Assembly: GCA_963666285.1 (NCBI GenBank)
Contig: OY762711.1
DNA from: Sedimentisphaerales bacterium
Lineage (GTDB): Bacteria; Planctomycetota; Phycisphaerae; Sedimentisphaerales; SM23-30
Strand: one strand, 5' to 3'
DNA length: 64,000 nt
The first letter of the stretch is position 1; every line of letters starts with the position of its first letter. The translations under genes were made by a program, and so were the position numbers. This document shows, piece after piece, positions 29,498-40,924 of the stretch. Under the pieces are notes generated by a model. That model saw only the letters and a list, made by a program, of their open reading frames with translations. It was not told where the DNA came from and did no database searches.

Positions 29498-32449
29498 TTA
29501 TTTAACTGTTGTTGGTGTACGGTATTGTTTTATAATGATTTTCGGCTTACTTCCTTTTAATAAAGCCGGATCAAATTCCATATTTACTTCATGAGACTGG
29601 CCCGGAATTAATGAGAAATAGTTATCATCCATAAAAACAGGTAATATTTGTTCATCTGTACGACTATTTACGAGCATAACTCGCACAGCAAAAGCAATAT
29701 TAGGAGCATTACTCGGACAGCTAATCGCTGCTGTTATTATTTGCATACGACCATATTTCCTTGATTTGGATTTCACGTTCAGATCTACTTCGGAAAGCGT
29801 ATTTAAGGCCGTATAATCCTGGTATTCATTACCACGCCAATAGAAGTTTTCAGAGATAAGGTTACCTTGTTTGTCATGCAGCTCTAATTTAATGAAGTGC
29901 ACGTCAGAGAGAGGATTAACCTCTTTTATACTTCTATCTTTATTGAAAACCTTAAATTCCCAGAGAGAACATCCCCATTGAGTAGCTCTTTTGATACCAA
30001 GCATTCGAACATAGCGACATTTTACAGGATCAATTTTTATTTTATCCTGGTTGCCGTTACCATCGTTACAGGTGTAAACATCAGTCCAACTTTTTGCATC
30101 GTCAGAAACCTGAAGCTTATAAGAAGAAGCGTAAGCGGCTTCCCAGTCGAGATGGATTTCATTAATCTCCTGAATTGATTCCAAATCAACATAAATCCAC
30201 TGCGAATCAAAATACATACTGCTCCAACGAGAACCGGCACCGCCATCAGTAGCTTCTGAAGGCAATGTATTATCAGCAGAAGATGAAGCAAAGGTCGGTT
30301 TCTTGTAAGCAAGATTATTCTTTTCCTCAAATCGAATGGTAAAACAGGTAACAGCTGTGTTTGACTCGGCATTAACCTTAGATGTGTACTGGAAGCCGGG
30401 AACTTCTTTGCCGTCCAGATTGTAAACAGTAGCAGAAGCAACAGCATCGTCCAGGTTATCTGATGATGTATTAACTACCCTGATGTCATTATTTGAGCAA
30501 TTCCAAAGTATATGGACCGGCTCGCAACCTTTCTTAGCACCCCAATATGCGCCGGTAAGATCATAATAGTAGTCATAAGTCTGCCAGACAAATGATGGAT
30601 ATGCACTCTGGCTCATCCAGATAAGAATCCCAGAGGCATCGTCCCAGATTCGGTCAGCCCACCCTTCATACATCGCTTTATTAGTTTCGATATTAACCAG
30701 CTGGGCCTTCTTACAGAAATCTTCAATATCCCCAGGCTCGCCATACCTGTCGACAATACTATCGTAATAACGGTCAGGACCGGCATTAGCGGCTGATTTG
30801 CCAAAGAAATGTTTATTCCACATTTCGTTTTGCGGCCACCATTTATCTTTAGGAATAAATTTTTTGAAACTTTCGAAATTAGAGAATACAGCGGTACCGA
30901 TTTCGGTTCTAAGCCCCCATCCTTTTTCACCGCCAAAACCAAGCGGCGGGCTGGCAAAATAACCCTTTGGTTCTAAATTTACCCATATACCACTTCCTGT
31001 CAAAGCATCAGAATGGGAGTTAGGATGATACCTCCTATCATTACCATCATAAACCTTTATATCTTCGCGCAGCCATTCATTCAAAGGCTCCAGCGGATAA
31101 CCTTCATTGTCACCACACCAAACAGCAATGCAGGCGTAGTTACGCAAACGTTTAACCTTCTCAACAGCATTTTTATTAAAAGCAAATACATCGCGGGGAA
31201 GGTTTGGGTGTGAATTGAGCCAAAAGTCATCCCAAACCATTATACCGTACTTATCACATGCATGGTAGAATTCTTCATCTGTAGTAGAGCCTATCCAGTT
31301 GCGAATCATATTATAGTTCATTTCCTTATGCAAACGAATTTTGGTATAATACTCATCACCACGACATCGCAGCATGTATTCAGACATCCCCCAGTTTCCA
31401 CCTTTCAAAAAAATCCTTTTGCCATTAACGGAAACATGAAGCACATTATCTTCGGTATCGTAACTGTATTTACGAATACCAAACTTTACTTTTTTAACAT
31501 CAGAGACAATCTTGTCTGCCTCAAACTTGAAATTGCAAGTATAAAGCGGCTGATCACCATAACCACTTGGCCACCACAAGCGGGGATTATTTAACGAAAG
31601 AACAGAATCACTTGAAGAATCAAAATATATTTTACTAAAATGATCTGCCCGAATTGATACATGCCTGGAAATTTTGATATTGCCAGGATTAATAATACCA
31701 GTTAAAACACCTGAAACATCAGAACCAGTGGAATTTTGTAGTTCAACTTCAATTGACAGATCAGCAGAAGAACCATCAAGCTTTTGAGTACGAATCCATG
31801 GATCTACAATCTGGACAGGACCGGTACAGCTCAAATACACATCATCAGTAATACCACTGAGTAAACCAGGGACATATGGCATCCAGTCCCAACTGGCACT
31901 CGAAATATATGTTGGGCCGGCATAATTGGGAATCGGCTCTACCGGACAATATACCAGCACAGCCAGGACATTCTGAGAATTTCTTTTAACGATTCTGGAA
32001 ATATCAAATTTACCCCGCTCGTAAAATCCATTCAAACTGCCAACGTAGGTACCATTTACAAAGACATCAGCCTTACGGTTAACACCTTCAAAATTAAGCC
32101 AGACAAATTCATTTTTAAATTCGGCAGGCACTTTGAACTTTGTGCGATACCAGAAATTTCGATTGTATTTATCCTTATCAACATGATAAATATTATCACC
32201 GAATTCCGGGGTATCTTCCAGCCCTTCATTTACATAAGAAGCGAAAACAGTGCCTGGCACAACCGCGGAAACCCATTTTTTATCATTGTAGTTACCTGCA
32301 TTTATATCTGCTCCATCTAACTCGTCAGCAGCCTTAACCTTCCAGGATATTTCATCACTATTGAGGCTTGTTATCTGCTGTGAAAATGATGAGTTTACTA
32401 TAAACACAGAAGTCAAAACGAAAAACAATACTTTTTTTCTCATGTTCAT
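29498..32449 (-). CDS. GH2 beta-mannosidase-like enzyme with CBM32 (F5/8 type C) insert
   Basis: WVSAVVPGTV, ASWDWMP, LWWPSGYGDQPLY, KGGNWG, NMIRNW, WCGDNEG, TEIG; ATDGGAGSRWSS...QWIYVDL. Confidence 0.9.
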   Translation of the reverse strand: MNMRKKVLFFVLTSVFIVNSSFSQQITSLNSDEISWKVKAADELDGADINAGNYNDKKWVSAVVPGTVFASYVNEGLEDTPEFGDNIYHVDKDKYNRNFWYRTKFKVPAEFKNEFVWLNFEGVNRKADVFVNGTYVGSLNGFYERGKFDISRIVKRNSQNVLAVLVYCPVEPIPNYAGPTYISSASWDWMPYVPGLLSGITDDVYLSCTGPVQIVDPWIRTQKLDGSSADLSIEVELQNSTGSDVSGVLTGIINPGNIKISRHVSIRADHFSKIYFDSSSDSVLSLNNPRLWWPSGYGDQPLYTCNFKFEADKIVSDVKKVKFGIRKYSYDTEDNVLHVSVNGKRIFLKGGNWGMSEYMLRCRGDEYYTKIRLHKEMNYNMIRNWIGSTTDEEFYHACDKYGIMVWDDFWLNSHPNLPRDVFAFNKNAVEKVKRLRNYACIAVWCGDNEGYPLEPLNEWLREDIKVYDGNDRRYHPNSHSDALTGSGIWVNLEPKGYFASPPLGFGGEKGWGLRTEIGTAVFSNFESFKKFIPKDKWWPQNEMWNKHFFGKSAANAGPDRYYDSIVDRYGEPGDIEDFCKKAQLVNIETNKAMYEGWADRIWDDASGILIWMSQSAYPSFVWQTYDYYYDLTGAYWGAKKGCEPVHILWNCSNNDIRVVNTSSDNLDDAVASATVYNLDGKEVPGFQYTSKVNAESNTAVTCFTIRFEEKNNLAYKKPTFASSSADNTLPSEATDGGAGSRWSSMYFDSQWIYVDLESIQEINEIHLDWEAAYASSYKLQVSDDAKSWTDVYTCNDGNGNQDKIKIDPVKCRYVRMLGIKRATQWGCSLWEFKVFNKDRSIKEVNPLSDVHFIKLELHDKQGNLISENFYWRGNEYQDYTALNTLSEVDLNVKSKSRKYGRMQIITAAISCPSNAPNIAFAVRVMLVNSRTDEQILPVFMDDNYFSLIPGQSHEVNMEFDPALLKGSKPKIIIKQYRTPTTVK

Positions 32450-32505
32450 TTTAATTAATGCTTTCTTACATGTATTAACACTATTTATAATATATCTAAA
32501 TCAGA

Positions 32506-33810
32506 TTATTCTACTGCAATAATCTTAATTGTATGAGTAACCGGCTTAAAAGTTCTGGCAATCTCATCAGTAAAAGTTTTTCTTGCTTTTTCAGATATAT
32601 TTACAACCCCTTCCATATCCGCCTGACCTTCCGGCCCATGGAAAAGAGACTTGATCTGCTTGGTTTCATAATCCTGCTTTTTTCTGACAGCATCAGAAAC
32701 AGTTTCAAAAGGTTTTGAGAAAGGATTTTCGGCAAAATCTGCTGCAAGGTTTATACCTGCCTTAAGCTGCTGATCAGAATATGTTTGCTCCCATGTCCCC
32801 CAAACAACTTTATAGCTTTTTGCACCGGCATTTTCAACTTTAAGAATGAACCTGTTGAGATTCTCATTAAATGGAACAAGATTCATGCCGGCCCGGGTGC
32901 TGCCAAACTGGTCCGGAGCACCTTTATCACAGAAAGGATAACGGCTACTTTCGATTGTAATTATTCCATCATTAGAACTCAGGACTTTATGCCCGTCACC
33001 AGTCCTGGCTTTACCAGATTGCAAATCAACTTCAATTATTCCTATGTTGCCATCCAAACCTAATGCTTCCAGAAACGCATATGCCATAATCAGATGGCCC
33101 GCCCAATCCGGGTGAACACCATCATCTCCGGCAACTTTGAAATCTGAACCATAAAGAGTCTGGGCCTTATAAGTTGAAACAAACATAGGCAAATAGACAT
33201 CTGCAAAAGCTACATTATATTCAGCTGCAATTTCAATATCCATATTACGCAATTTGAGAAGATTAAGGTTTAATGCCTTAGTTGTGATTTTAGGATCACC
33301 CTGCCACCAAGGTTTTTTACCAACACAACCCGGAGAACCTAAGACGACTTTTGTGCCATTATCTTTGAATTTTTTTACTATTGCCGACATACTTTTGTTA
33401 TATTCCTTTCCAATTTCGTCGGCATACGGCACGTAGCGATGATCGTTCATACCATAGCAGGTTGTCGCAACATCAGGCTTAAACCTTAAGCAATCATTTT
33501 CCATGCGTGCAAGGAATCCAGGTGCAGTCTCTCCGCCCCAACCATACTGACGCACTTTGATCTCAAGTGCAGGCTCACATACTGTTAAATAATTTTCAAT
33601 CATAACAGAATACATTTTTTGTTCGGTAATAGAATCGCCGCAAATAGCAAGCCTATCGCCTTTTTTGAGTATCAGCTCACTAGCCTCAGGAGCATCAAGA
33701 ATCTTAAAATCAGCAAAAATTGAGTTCAAATCTAAAGAATGATATTCCTGGGCATTTAATGAAATAGAGTAGGTGACAGCAATTAAAAACAGAACAATAA
33801 TTTTTCTCAT
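32506..33810 (-). CDS. SGNH/GDSL family esterase, secreted
   Basis: GDSIT, GWGG, YGMND, DGVHP. Confidence 0.9.
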   Translation of the reverse strand: MRKIIVLFLIAVTYSISLNAQEYHSLDLNSIFADFKILDAPEASELILKKGDRLAICGDSITEQKMYSVMIENYLTVCEPALEIKVRQYGWGGETAPGFLARMENDCLRFKPDVATTCYGMNDHRYVPYADEIGKEYNKSMSAIVKKFKDNGTKVVLGSPGCVGKKPWWQGDPKITTKALNLNLLKLRNMDIEIAAEYNVAFADVYLPMFVSTYKAQTLYGSDFKVAGDDGVHPDWAGHLIMAYAFLEALGLDGNIGIIEVDLQSGKARTGDGHKVLSSNDGIITIESSRYPFCDKGAPDQFGSTRAGMNLVPFNENLNRFILKVENAGAKSYKVVWGTWEQTYSDQQLKAGINLAADFAENPFSKPFETVSDAVRKKQDYETKQIKSLFHGPEGQADMEGVVNISEKARKTFTDEIARTFKPVTHTIKIIAVE

Positions 33811-34522
33811 AAGATAGCTCGCTTGTTTTGGAAGTTATAAAATGTATTTTAAGCTCACCAAAGCTAAAATTTTCAGATATTAAGTATAACTAATTTATCC
33901 ACATTTTCATTTATTTTCTCAACAATTGCATAATATTAAAACTTCATTCTAAAAGCATTATTTCAAGGCATATATCCGAATATACTATATCTGCCTAAAT
34001 CACTTTGAATAACTAATGAATGCTTATCAGGTATGTGTTAAGATTTATTAAAACCTCATTATTTATATGACTGCAAAAAGTTAAATTTAAACGTAAATTC
34101 TCAGGTAAGGATGCCAATTAATATAATATATCGGTGATTTTCATAATGTTTCAAGTATAACAAACAAACATTGCCATAAATACAACTCTAAAACACAATG
34201 ACCATACAAAGCTGATTACAACATAAGAAGTTACCTATCAGACACTTACATTATTTTGGCAAATTTATACCATTCTGTACTTTTCTAACTTAAAGATCTT
34301 TGGAGACACTTGCTAAAAAATACGATAATTATACAGGGCTTAAATAACCGGAATTATACTAAACAATTTTACAAAACAACCATAATGCATTACTACAAAA
34401 ACACTTATAACACTTAAATAATGTAATTTGATAAAATCTTTTTATTGCGCTTAAATTAAACTGGAATTTGACGTATATATATAAGCGGATGTTGAAATAT
34501 GCAGCATCTGCAAGGCACCAAA

Positions 34523-35074
34523 ATGAAAAAAAGTGAAAAAGACAAAAATTCAAACAGCCTAAAAACCGAAGAGTTTGTTGAATTACTTACGGCTAACCAG
34601 AGAAAGATATTTGCATATATAATGAGCCTGGTTATCAATATCAATGATGCAGACGATATTCTCCAGGAAACAGTCAAAATTATGTGGAATAAATTTGATC
34701 AGTTTAAATCGGGAACAAATTTTTTAGCCTGGTCAACTACAATTGCTTATTATCGTATACTTGAATTTCGCAGACAAAAAAGTCGGAATAAAATAATATT
34801 TGACGATCAGGTTTTTGAAAATCTTCAATACCAGGCATTATCCCAGACACAAGATTCTGATGAATACCTGGTATATCTTAAACACTGTCTGAATAAATTA
34901 AAAGAATCAGATCAGGTCATTATAAAAATGAGATATACAAACGGTTCAACCTTACAGCAGATAGCTTCTCAGCTAGGCAGAACCTTTCAGAGTGTACACC
35001 GCAGTATATGCCGGATACAGGGCCTACTCCGTGAATGCATAAACAGGCAAATAGCTACGGAGTTGAGACGATGA
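34523..35074 (+). CDS. ECF-type RNA polymerase sigma-70 factor (planctomycete-type)
   Basis: DADDILQET..MWNKFDQFKSGTNFLAW; C-terminal HTH and LLRECINRQ; ATGA overlap with the next gene. Confidence 0.9.
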   Translation: MKKSEKDKNSNSLKTEEFVELLTANQRKIFAYIMSLVININDADDILQETVKIMWNKFDQFKSGTNFLAWSTTIAYYRILEFRRQKSRNKIIFDDQVFENLQYQALSQTQDSDEYLVYLKHCLNKLKESDQVIIKMRYTNGSTLQQIASQLGRTFQSVHRSICRIQGLLRECINRQIATELRR

Positions 35075-36744
35075 GAAATGATTACAATAGATTTGAAATG
35101 CTATTTATAAAAGCTCAAGAAGGTATAATTTCTTCAGAAGAATGTACAGAGTTTAATATTCTGCTGAAATCAACCGAATTTCAAAAAATATATTTTGAGA
35201 TGATCAAGCTGAATTGCGCCTTAAGCCAGCTTGAAATATCAGAATGCCAGTTGAGTAATCCTGTAAATGGCAGTCATAAATGCGATATCAGTGTGTTAAT
35301 GAAACTGGCAAGTGGAGAAACATTAATTCCTGAAATAGAGATCACAAGCAAAATACAACACCCTAAAAAAAGAAAACCTTCACCTGTTATTTTCAGTATA
35401 TCTGCATCAATTGCTGCAATCATTACAATTATATTTTGCCTACAATTTTACATGCAGCCTCAAACGGTAAGTAATGCTGTATTAGTTGAATGCATACACG
35501 CTTCCTGGTCAGGAATATCTACATCACCAACAATTGGAAGTAATTTGAATTCAAAAAACGGACTATACAATCTGCACGAAGGCGTTGTAAAGCTCCGCTT
35601 TAGCAGCGGTGCTGATGTAATAATCGAATCCCCTTCAAGATTTGAAATATTGTCAAGCAATAAGATGCATTTACATGATGGGAAAGTATATGCCAAAGTT
35701 CCCAAGCAAGCTAAAGGTTTTACTGTTGTTACTCCAAAATGCAACATTATCGACCTTGGAACCGAATTTGGCGTAAAAGTTGGTTCTCTTGGGATTACTG
35801 AGCTGCATGTAAACAAAGGTAAAACCGTAGTTGAAACTCAGAATATGAAAACCAAACAGAGTATGGAAGTTAATGCCGGATCGGCCTGTTTGGTTGAAGA
35901 AACAAATATAATAAAAGATATCACATGCCGGAAAGATGTATTTGTACGGGAAATAAATCAGGATACCGGCATGATCTGGCGAGGTAAAACAAGAATAAAC
36001 CTGTCTGATATAGTAGGCGGTGGAAACGGATGGGGAGATAACACATTTGCAGGGGCGATAAATCCAGTTACTGGTATTTTTGGTGCCTATAAAACAGCGA
36101 TAAGAGAAGGTAACGGACAATATGCCAGAGTAATCACCACCCCATATCCTTATATTGATGGAGTATTTGTGCCCGTTAATTCAACACAAATTATCAGCAG
36201 CAAGGGTCACGTTTTTAAGGATTGTCCGAAAACCAATGCACAATACTATTCAGAAATCCTCAACAATGTTGGTCTGAAAATGTATGACACAAGCAACAAA
36301 CCAGCTATCAGGAAAATTGAAAATCAGAATTATAACAAGACAGATTTCTCATCAATTATTATGCACGCTAATTCAGGAATAACATTTAACCTGCAAAATA
36401 TCTGTCACGACATACCAGGAAAAAAGATAACCTGGTTTACATCAGATGCTCTTATTTCGATGTATAGGCCAGTTGAAAACCAGAACACATCTTATATACC
36501 CAGGCAAGCAAAGGCTGAAGTTTGGATTTTAATAGATGGGAAAGTTGTTTTTAACGCTAAACTAGATGAACCTGGTACAGCAAAACATATAGATATTGAA
36601 ATAAGTGACTCTGCCCAATTCCTTTCACTAGTTGCTACTGACGGTTCCAACTTTGAAGATTCAGATCTGCTAAATATACCTACTAATGAATCAGACTGGT
36701 GTATTTTTGCCAAACCGGAATTAATGTTTTCTGTCGGCAACTAA
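35071..36744 (+). CDS. FecR-like anti-sigma factor with C-terminal NPCBM-like domain
   Basis: Transmembrane helix (SISASIAAIITIIF), GFTVVTP..IIDLGTEFGV, INLSDIVGGGNG, C-terminal FLSLVATDG...DWCIFAKPEL; start at ATG 35071. Confidence 0.85.
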   Translation: MRNDYNRFEMLFIKAQEGIISSEECTEFNILLKSTEFQKIYFEMIKLNCALSQLEISECQLSNPVNGSHKCDISVLMKLASGETLIPEIEITSKIQHPKKRKPSPVIFSISASIAAIITIIFCLQFYMQPQTVSNAVLVECIHASWSGISTSPTIGSNLNSKNGLYNLHEGVVKLRFSSGADVIIESPSRFEILSSNKMHLHDGKVYAKVPKQAKGFTVVTPKCNIIDLGTEFGVKVGSLGITELHVNKGKTVVETQNMKTKQSMEVNAGSACLVEETNIIKDITCRKDVFVREINQDTGMIWRGKTRINLSDIVGGGNGWGDNTFAGAINPVTGIFGAYKTAIREGNGQYARVITTPYPYIDGVFVPVNSTQIISSKGHVFKDCPKTNAQYYSEILNNVGLKMYDTSNKPAIRKIENQNYNKTDFSSIIMHANSGITFNLQNICHDIPGKKITWFTSDALISMYRPVENQNTSYIPRQAKAEVWILIDGKVVFNAKLDEPGTAKHIDIEISDSAQFLSLVATDGSNFEDSDLLNIPTNESDWCIFAKPELMFSVGN

Positions 36745-37031
36745 TAATACGCTTTCGTACTTTAATCCTAGATTCTGCCGTTGATCGATAATAACCATTT
36801 TCAAATCATTTATGCTTCATGTTTTGAACCAGCACGCCAGATTAAAAAATGCGTTCTAAGATTCTGCTATAAGTACACAACCAACAGGAAAAACATATTC
36901 ATATACCGATAAGTATGTGCCAGTTAAGCTTTTAACAATAGATACTTGTGTTAAAAGAACATGAGTTGATGATGCATATGATACAATACGCATTATCACT
37001 GCTTGGCTCTGGCTGGAATTCCAGTTTGATT

Positions 37032-39008
37032 TTATTTCTGCTTTTCAAATAGAGCTTCACCATTGCCTATAAGAAAAATATCAGGTTTAGGAGGATCTTT
37101 CATCTTATCGCCAAGAAAGAAGCTGGTATGAGGTGGTTTGTTATAAACCACATTCTGCCAGGCAATTGAGAGCCGATATTGAGGATTATGCATCAAGGTA
37201 TAAATGCGATGGCTGGTAGGTATGGTAGTAGTATAAAGCCTTAATGAACTGTTGTCCGGACCGGTAAGCAGTAACTCTTCACGCCAGTCACCAATAAAAT
37301 CTCCCATAAGTTTAGGGCGAAAGTTTCTCCATCCTCTTTCACCTGTTGAGAATAATATATCAGGGAATTTATCCGATCCCCGCCATTTGTATATGGTGGA
37401 ACCGCCCAGAATTTCACGCAGCAGGTCACCATCCCACCAGATAACAAAATCCCGCATCCGGGGAGCATGGCCTATGACATTACCATCTTTATCACGTAAA
37501 TTACCGGTACTGTCCCAGGCTTCAAAGCCGGGGTAATCGGCATCAATATCAGCAGCAACTCCCTGACCAATATCAACAGAAATACTGTGTTTCCAGATAA
37601 CTTCGCCGGTCCTCGCATCTCGCATAACAGCACCGGGTGTCTTGAACCGTACGGTTTCATCTTCATTTTCGTGAACAGTAAATGCTTCAAGACCGGGTCG
37701 ATCCGGATACATATCAGCAACATGAAGGGCGTCACCGTGGCGGAACCCGGTAGAATAAAGCCCTTTGCCATTATCATCAATAACCATAGCATGATAGACG
37801 ATCTCATCTTTCCCGTCACCATCAACATCGGCAACGGAAATACTATGTCCGCCCATGCCGGAATATTTAGAAGCATTTTCAAATGGCGGATAGCTAATAC
37901 CCGAATCAAAAACCCAGCGGCTGGTAAGTTTATTATCACGCCAGTCCCAGGCAGCTAATACCGTTCGGCCATAAACCCCACGGCACATAACAACGCTTGG
38001 CCGACTACCATCCAGATAAGCAATACAAGCGAGAAACCGGTCGCAACGGTTACCATAGTTGTCGCTGCCGCCATTACCACCAATGCCGCCCCATCCATCA
38101 ATAGGATCACGAGACGGGATATAATCAACCGTTTTCAATTCAGCACCGGTCTGCCCGTCAAATATAGTGAAATACTCAGGACCTTCAAGTATACGCCCGA
38201 ATTTCAGGGTACTATCATCATGAATACGCCAATCCCTGTCCTTATCACCAATAATCCTGCCGGTACCATCTTTTGTGCCATCAGCGGTTTTACAGGCAAT
38301 CTCAGCTTTGCCGTCACCATCAAGATCATAAACCATAAACTGGGTATAATGCTCACCTTCCCTGATATTAATGCCAAGATCAATTCGCCACAATAGAGTA
38401 CCATCCAACTCATAGGCATCCAAAACGGGCGAACCGGTAATGCCTTTGAAAGAATTATCCTTACCTCTTGATGCCTGATGCAATACGATTTCATATTCAC
38501 CATCACCATCCAGATCGGCGATAGAAGCATCACCGGGCCAATAGCCATCAATATTATTAATCGGAATTTCAAGGTACTGCTCATCCCAGACGCTGACCGG
38601 TTCGCAAGACTGAAGCTCTTTGCCATCGATTACGGGAGCAACATAGTATTTCAATGCTGAAGCAGAATTTTCTAGGCTATCAATATAATTTGTAGAGTCT
38701 GTGACCGGCTTAGTATTAATCAATACCGGTTTGCTATCTTCAGCAACACGATAAATATTGAACGCAATATCATCCGGATCGGTTCCGAAAAGACGCCAGC
38801 TGATATATACTTTATTTTCCGGCTGTTTAACAGCGACAACTCCACGTTTAAGATTTTCCATCTGACGCTGGGCAAAGCAGGCATTGCCGGAATAAATCAG
38901 AACCAGAAAAAATAATAAAACATGATTGAAGGTTGAGACAGTACAGATAGATTTTATAAACAAGCAAAAATCTGTAACAATTCTATATCCAAAGCGATTG
39001 CTGAACAC
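37032..39008 (-). CDS. PL11 rhamnogalacturonan lyase
   Basis: RQMENLKRGVVAV, ISWRLFGTD, DLDGDGEYE, HYTQFMVYDLDGDGKAE, HGDALH, TLMHNPQYR..IAWQN..YNKPPH. Confidence 0.93.
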   Translation of the reverse strand: MFSNRFGYRIVTDFCLFIKSICTVSTFNHVLLFFLVLIYSGNACFAQRQMENLKRGVVAVKQPENKVYISWRLFGTDPDDIAFNIYRVAEDSKPVLINTKPVTDSTNYIDSLENSASALKYYVAPVIDGKELQSCEPVSVWDEQYLEIPINNIDGYWPGDASIADLDGDGEYEIVLHQASRGKDNSFKGITGSPVLDAYELDGTLLWRIDLGINIREGEHYTQFMVYDLDGDGKAEIACKTADGTKDGTGRIIGDKDRDWRIHDDSTLKFGRILEGPEYFTIFDGQTGAELKTVDYIPSRDPIDGWGGIGGNGGSDNYGNRCDRFLACIAYLDGSRPSVVMCRGVYGRTVLAAWDWRDNKLTSRWVFDSGISYPPFENASKYSGMGGHSISVADVDGDGKDEIVYHAMVIDDNGKGLYSTGFRHGDALHVADMYPDRPGLEAFTVHENEDETVRFKTPGAVMRDARTGEVIWKHSISVDIGQGVAADIDADYPGFEAWDSTGNLRDKDGNVIGHAPRMRDFVIWWDGDLLREILGGSTIYKWRGSDKFPDILFSTGERGWRNFRPKLMGDFIGDWREELLLTGPDNSSLRLYTTTIPTSHRIYTLMHNPQYRLSIAWQNVVYNKPPHTSFFLGDKMKDPPKPDIFLIGNGEALFEKQK

Positions 39009-39327
39009 GTCATACTCCTATCAAAAATACAGACGATTAAACATAAGGTGTGAATAATTCGAAATTCAATACATTCTTTCAATACAATTATTCAATTATG
39101 TCAGGCAGGTAAATAAATATCAATACAAAAATCCAACTTAATACACGACGTAAATAACTGCTGTCAATACAGTTAACTCACACCCTGCCATCCGGAAGCC
39201 AAAAATAAGCATAATTCCACAATATTAAAACGGCATTTATGCCAGATTTATTTCATAAAAAAGGCCTTGCGAAAGAAATATGCCGCAAAGCCAGAATAAT
39301 AAAAACTACTTAGATAATATGAAAAAA

Positions 39328-40680
39328 TTATTTTATAAACGAACTGTCAATGGTCGTACCAGACAATTTAATCTTATAAGGCCACTGTTCATCCTTAATT
39401 TCCTCTGAACCAGGCCTTCTCCCCCATCTCATAACAATCGGCCAATGTTCTGTTGGTGCTCCCATTACCACCAGCCACAGATATTCGGTATTATCAGGCA
39501 CTTTAAAGGATAAAGTACCATCATTATCTTTACCAACCATGCCATAAACCCGGCTGCCGTCTTTTAATGAGGCAAGAAAACCATACCGCCATCCGGCTTT
39601 GTCGCTTTTGACATTGCTATATCCCTCGGCATCAGTGATACCTTTAAAATTCAAAACAACATTTGTATTGGCAGGCGGAACATTGAGTTTGATGCCATTG
39701 TAACCATAATTCTGAGGGCATAAAGAAGCCGGAATCTGATACCAGTCATCGCCGATATCTTCAAGCAAACATATATGCTGATTGGCATATTTATGGGCAA
39801 CTTTTTCTACACGTTTCAGATCCCAGGTAATAAACTTACGCGAGGCATCAAACATTTCATCATTAAACTGCTGCTGATCCAAAGAATTCAAGCGTTTGTA
39901 AGTAGCGACAGGATCTTCACCATTTTCAGTCTTGCGGCATAGTTCCCCAAAAAATTGCTTGCCATGTTTTTCTGACCAGTATTCCAATACATAAGGAGAA
40001 TGATACATATTAATCGGATGAAGAAAGGCATAGTGGGTCTGCTTCATGAAATCCACCAGATGGTAATTTTCAAAAGTCATCCATTCAGGATATACCTGCC
40101 ATAGCATATACTGGGCAGACATTTCTATAATAGATCCGCCAGGGCCATGACCGGAATCAGTTCGGGAAAAACTCTGGAAAGAGTGCCCCATTTCATGAGC
40201 CAGAACACCGTATGGAGTATTATTTATTCTAACAGCAGGTGTCCAAAGAGCACCAATTTCATCACCTATCGCGCCGCCGTAGGCTGTACCTTCATTTCCA
40301 CCAAAAACAATCATAATCAATTTATATTTATCTGAGACAGACTCTCCTTTTTTCACCATTTTCAAGACATTAACATAATAATCATAGAATCGTTCACACT
40401 CCATAAGAGCTGTCTGTGGGTCAAACCGCTTCTTGACATCCGGGTTTGCTATAGGGTCATCGCCATATTCCTTGCTCCATAATAAAGCAATGTTTTCGCC
40501 CTCAACCATGCGGCTGTAACTGAATTCGCTTTCTTTATTATTAAAGTCATTATTTTGCGGCACCCTATCAATACCATCCGGTAGATACAATTCCTTTGCT
40601 GCATAGACATAACCAGAAAACAAGAATGAAAATACAAAGACCGCTAATAGGGTATTGGTACTACGGGATAATAATCTCAT
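39328..40680 (-). CDS. Secreted protein with HExxH motif (DUF6055-like, possible metallopeptidase)
   Basis: LAHEMGHSFQ followed by EMSAQY; signal peptide; AGGAG RBS before ATG 40680. Confidence 0.65.
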   Translation of the reverse strand: MRLLSRSTNTLLAVFVFSFLFSGYVYAAKELYLPDGIDRVPQNNDFNNKESEFSYSRMVEGENIALLWSKEYGDDPIANPDVKKRFDPQTALMECERFYDYYVNVLKMVKKGESVSDKYKLIMIVFGGNEGTAYGGAIGDEIGALWTPAVRINNTPYGVLAHEMGHSFQSFSRTDSGHGPGGSIIEMSAQYMLWQVYPEWMTFENYHLVDFMKQTHYAFLHPINMYHSPYVLEYWSEKHGKQFFGELCRKTENGEDPVATYKRLNSLDQQQFNDEMFDASRKFITWDLKRVEKVAHKYANQHICLLEDIGDDWYQIPASLCPQNYGYNGIKLNVPPANTNVVLNFKGITDAEGYSNVKSDKAGWRYGFLASLKDGSRVYGMVGKDNDGTLSFKVPDNTEYLWLVVMGAPTEHWPIVMRWGRRPGSEEIKDEQWPYKIKLSGTTIDSSFIK

Positions 40681-40742
40681 TGAGCTGCTCCTATGATTTA
40701 GAATAATAAAACACAAACCGAATCAATTTCTTATTTACAATA

Positions 40743-40924
40743 GTGCGGTATCGCACTTCTGACTGTTCAGCATTATACGCAAAAGCCTGAACATGGCCTT
40801 GTGACTGAAATACTTTACATTTAACTGTATTTTCGAGCTAATTCTCGAAATTGTATTTAATTCAGATTGTTGCAGGAAGGCCCTTTTAGGCGATTTTTTC
40901 AACTTAAAAACTACGAAAGTTAAC
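40743..40924. mobile_element. 182-bp MITE-like element, copy 2, with 5-bp target-site duplication CAATA
   Basis: CAATA at 40738-40742 and 40925-40929; same length and ends as copy 1. Confidence 0.85.

Noticed and set aside
33811..34522. Long intergenic region between the SGNH gene and the ECF sigma gene
   Set aside because: It is a plausible divergent promoter region, but no specific motif stood out from the AT-rich background.
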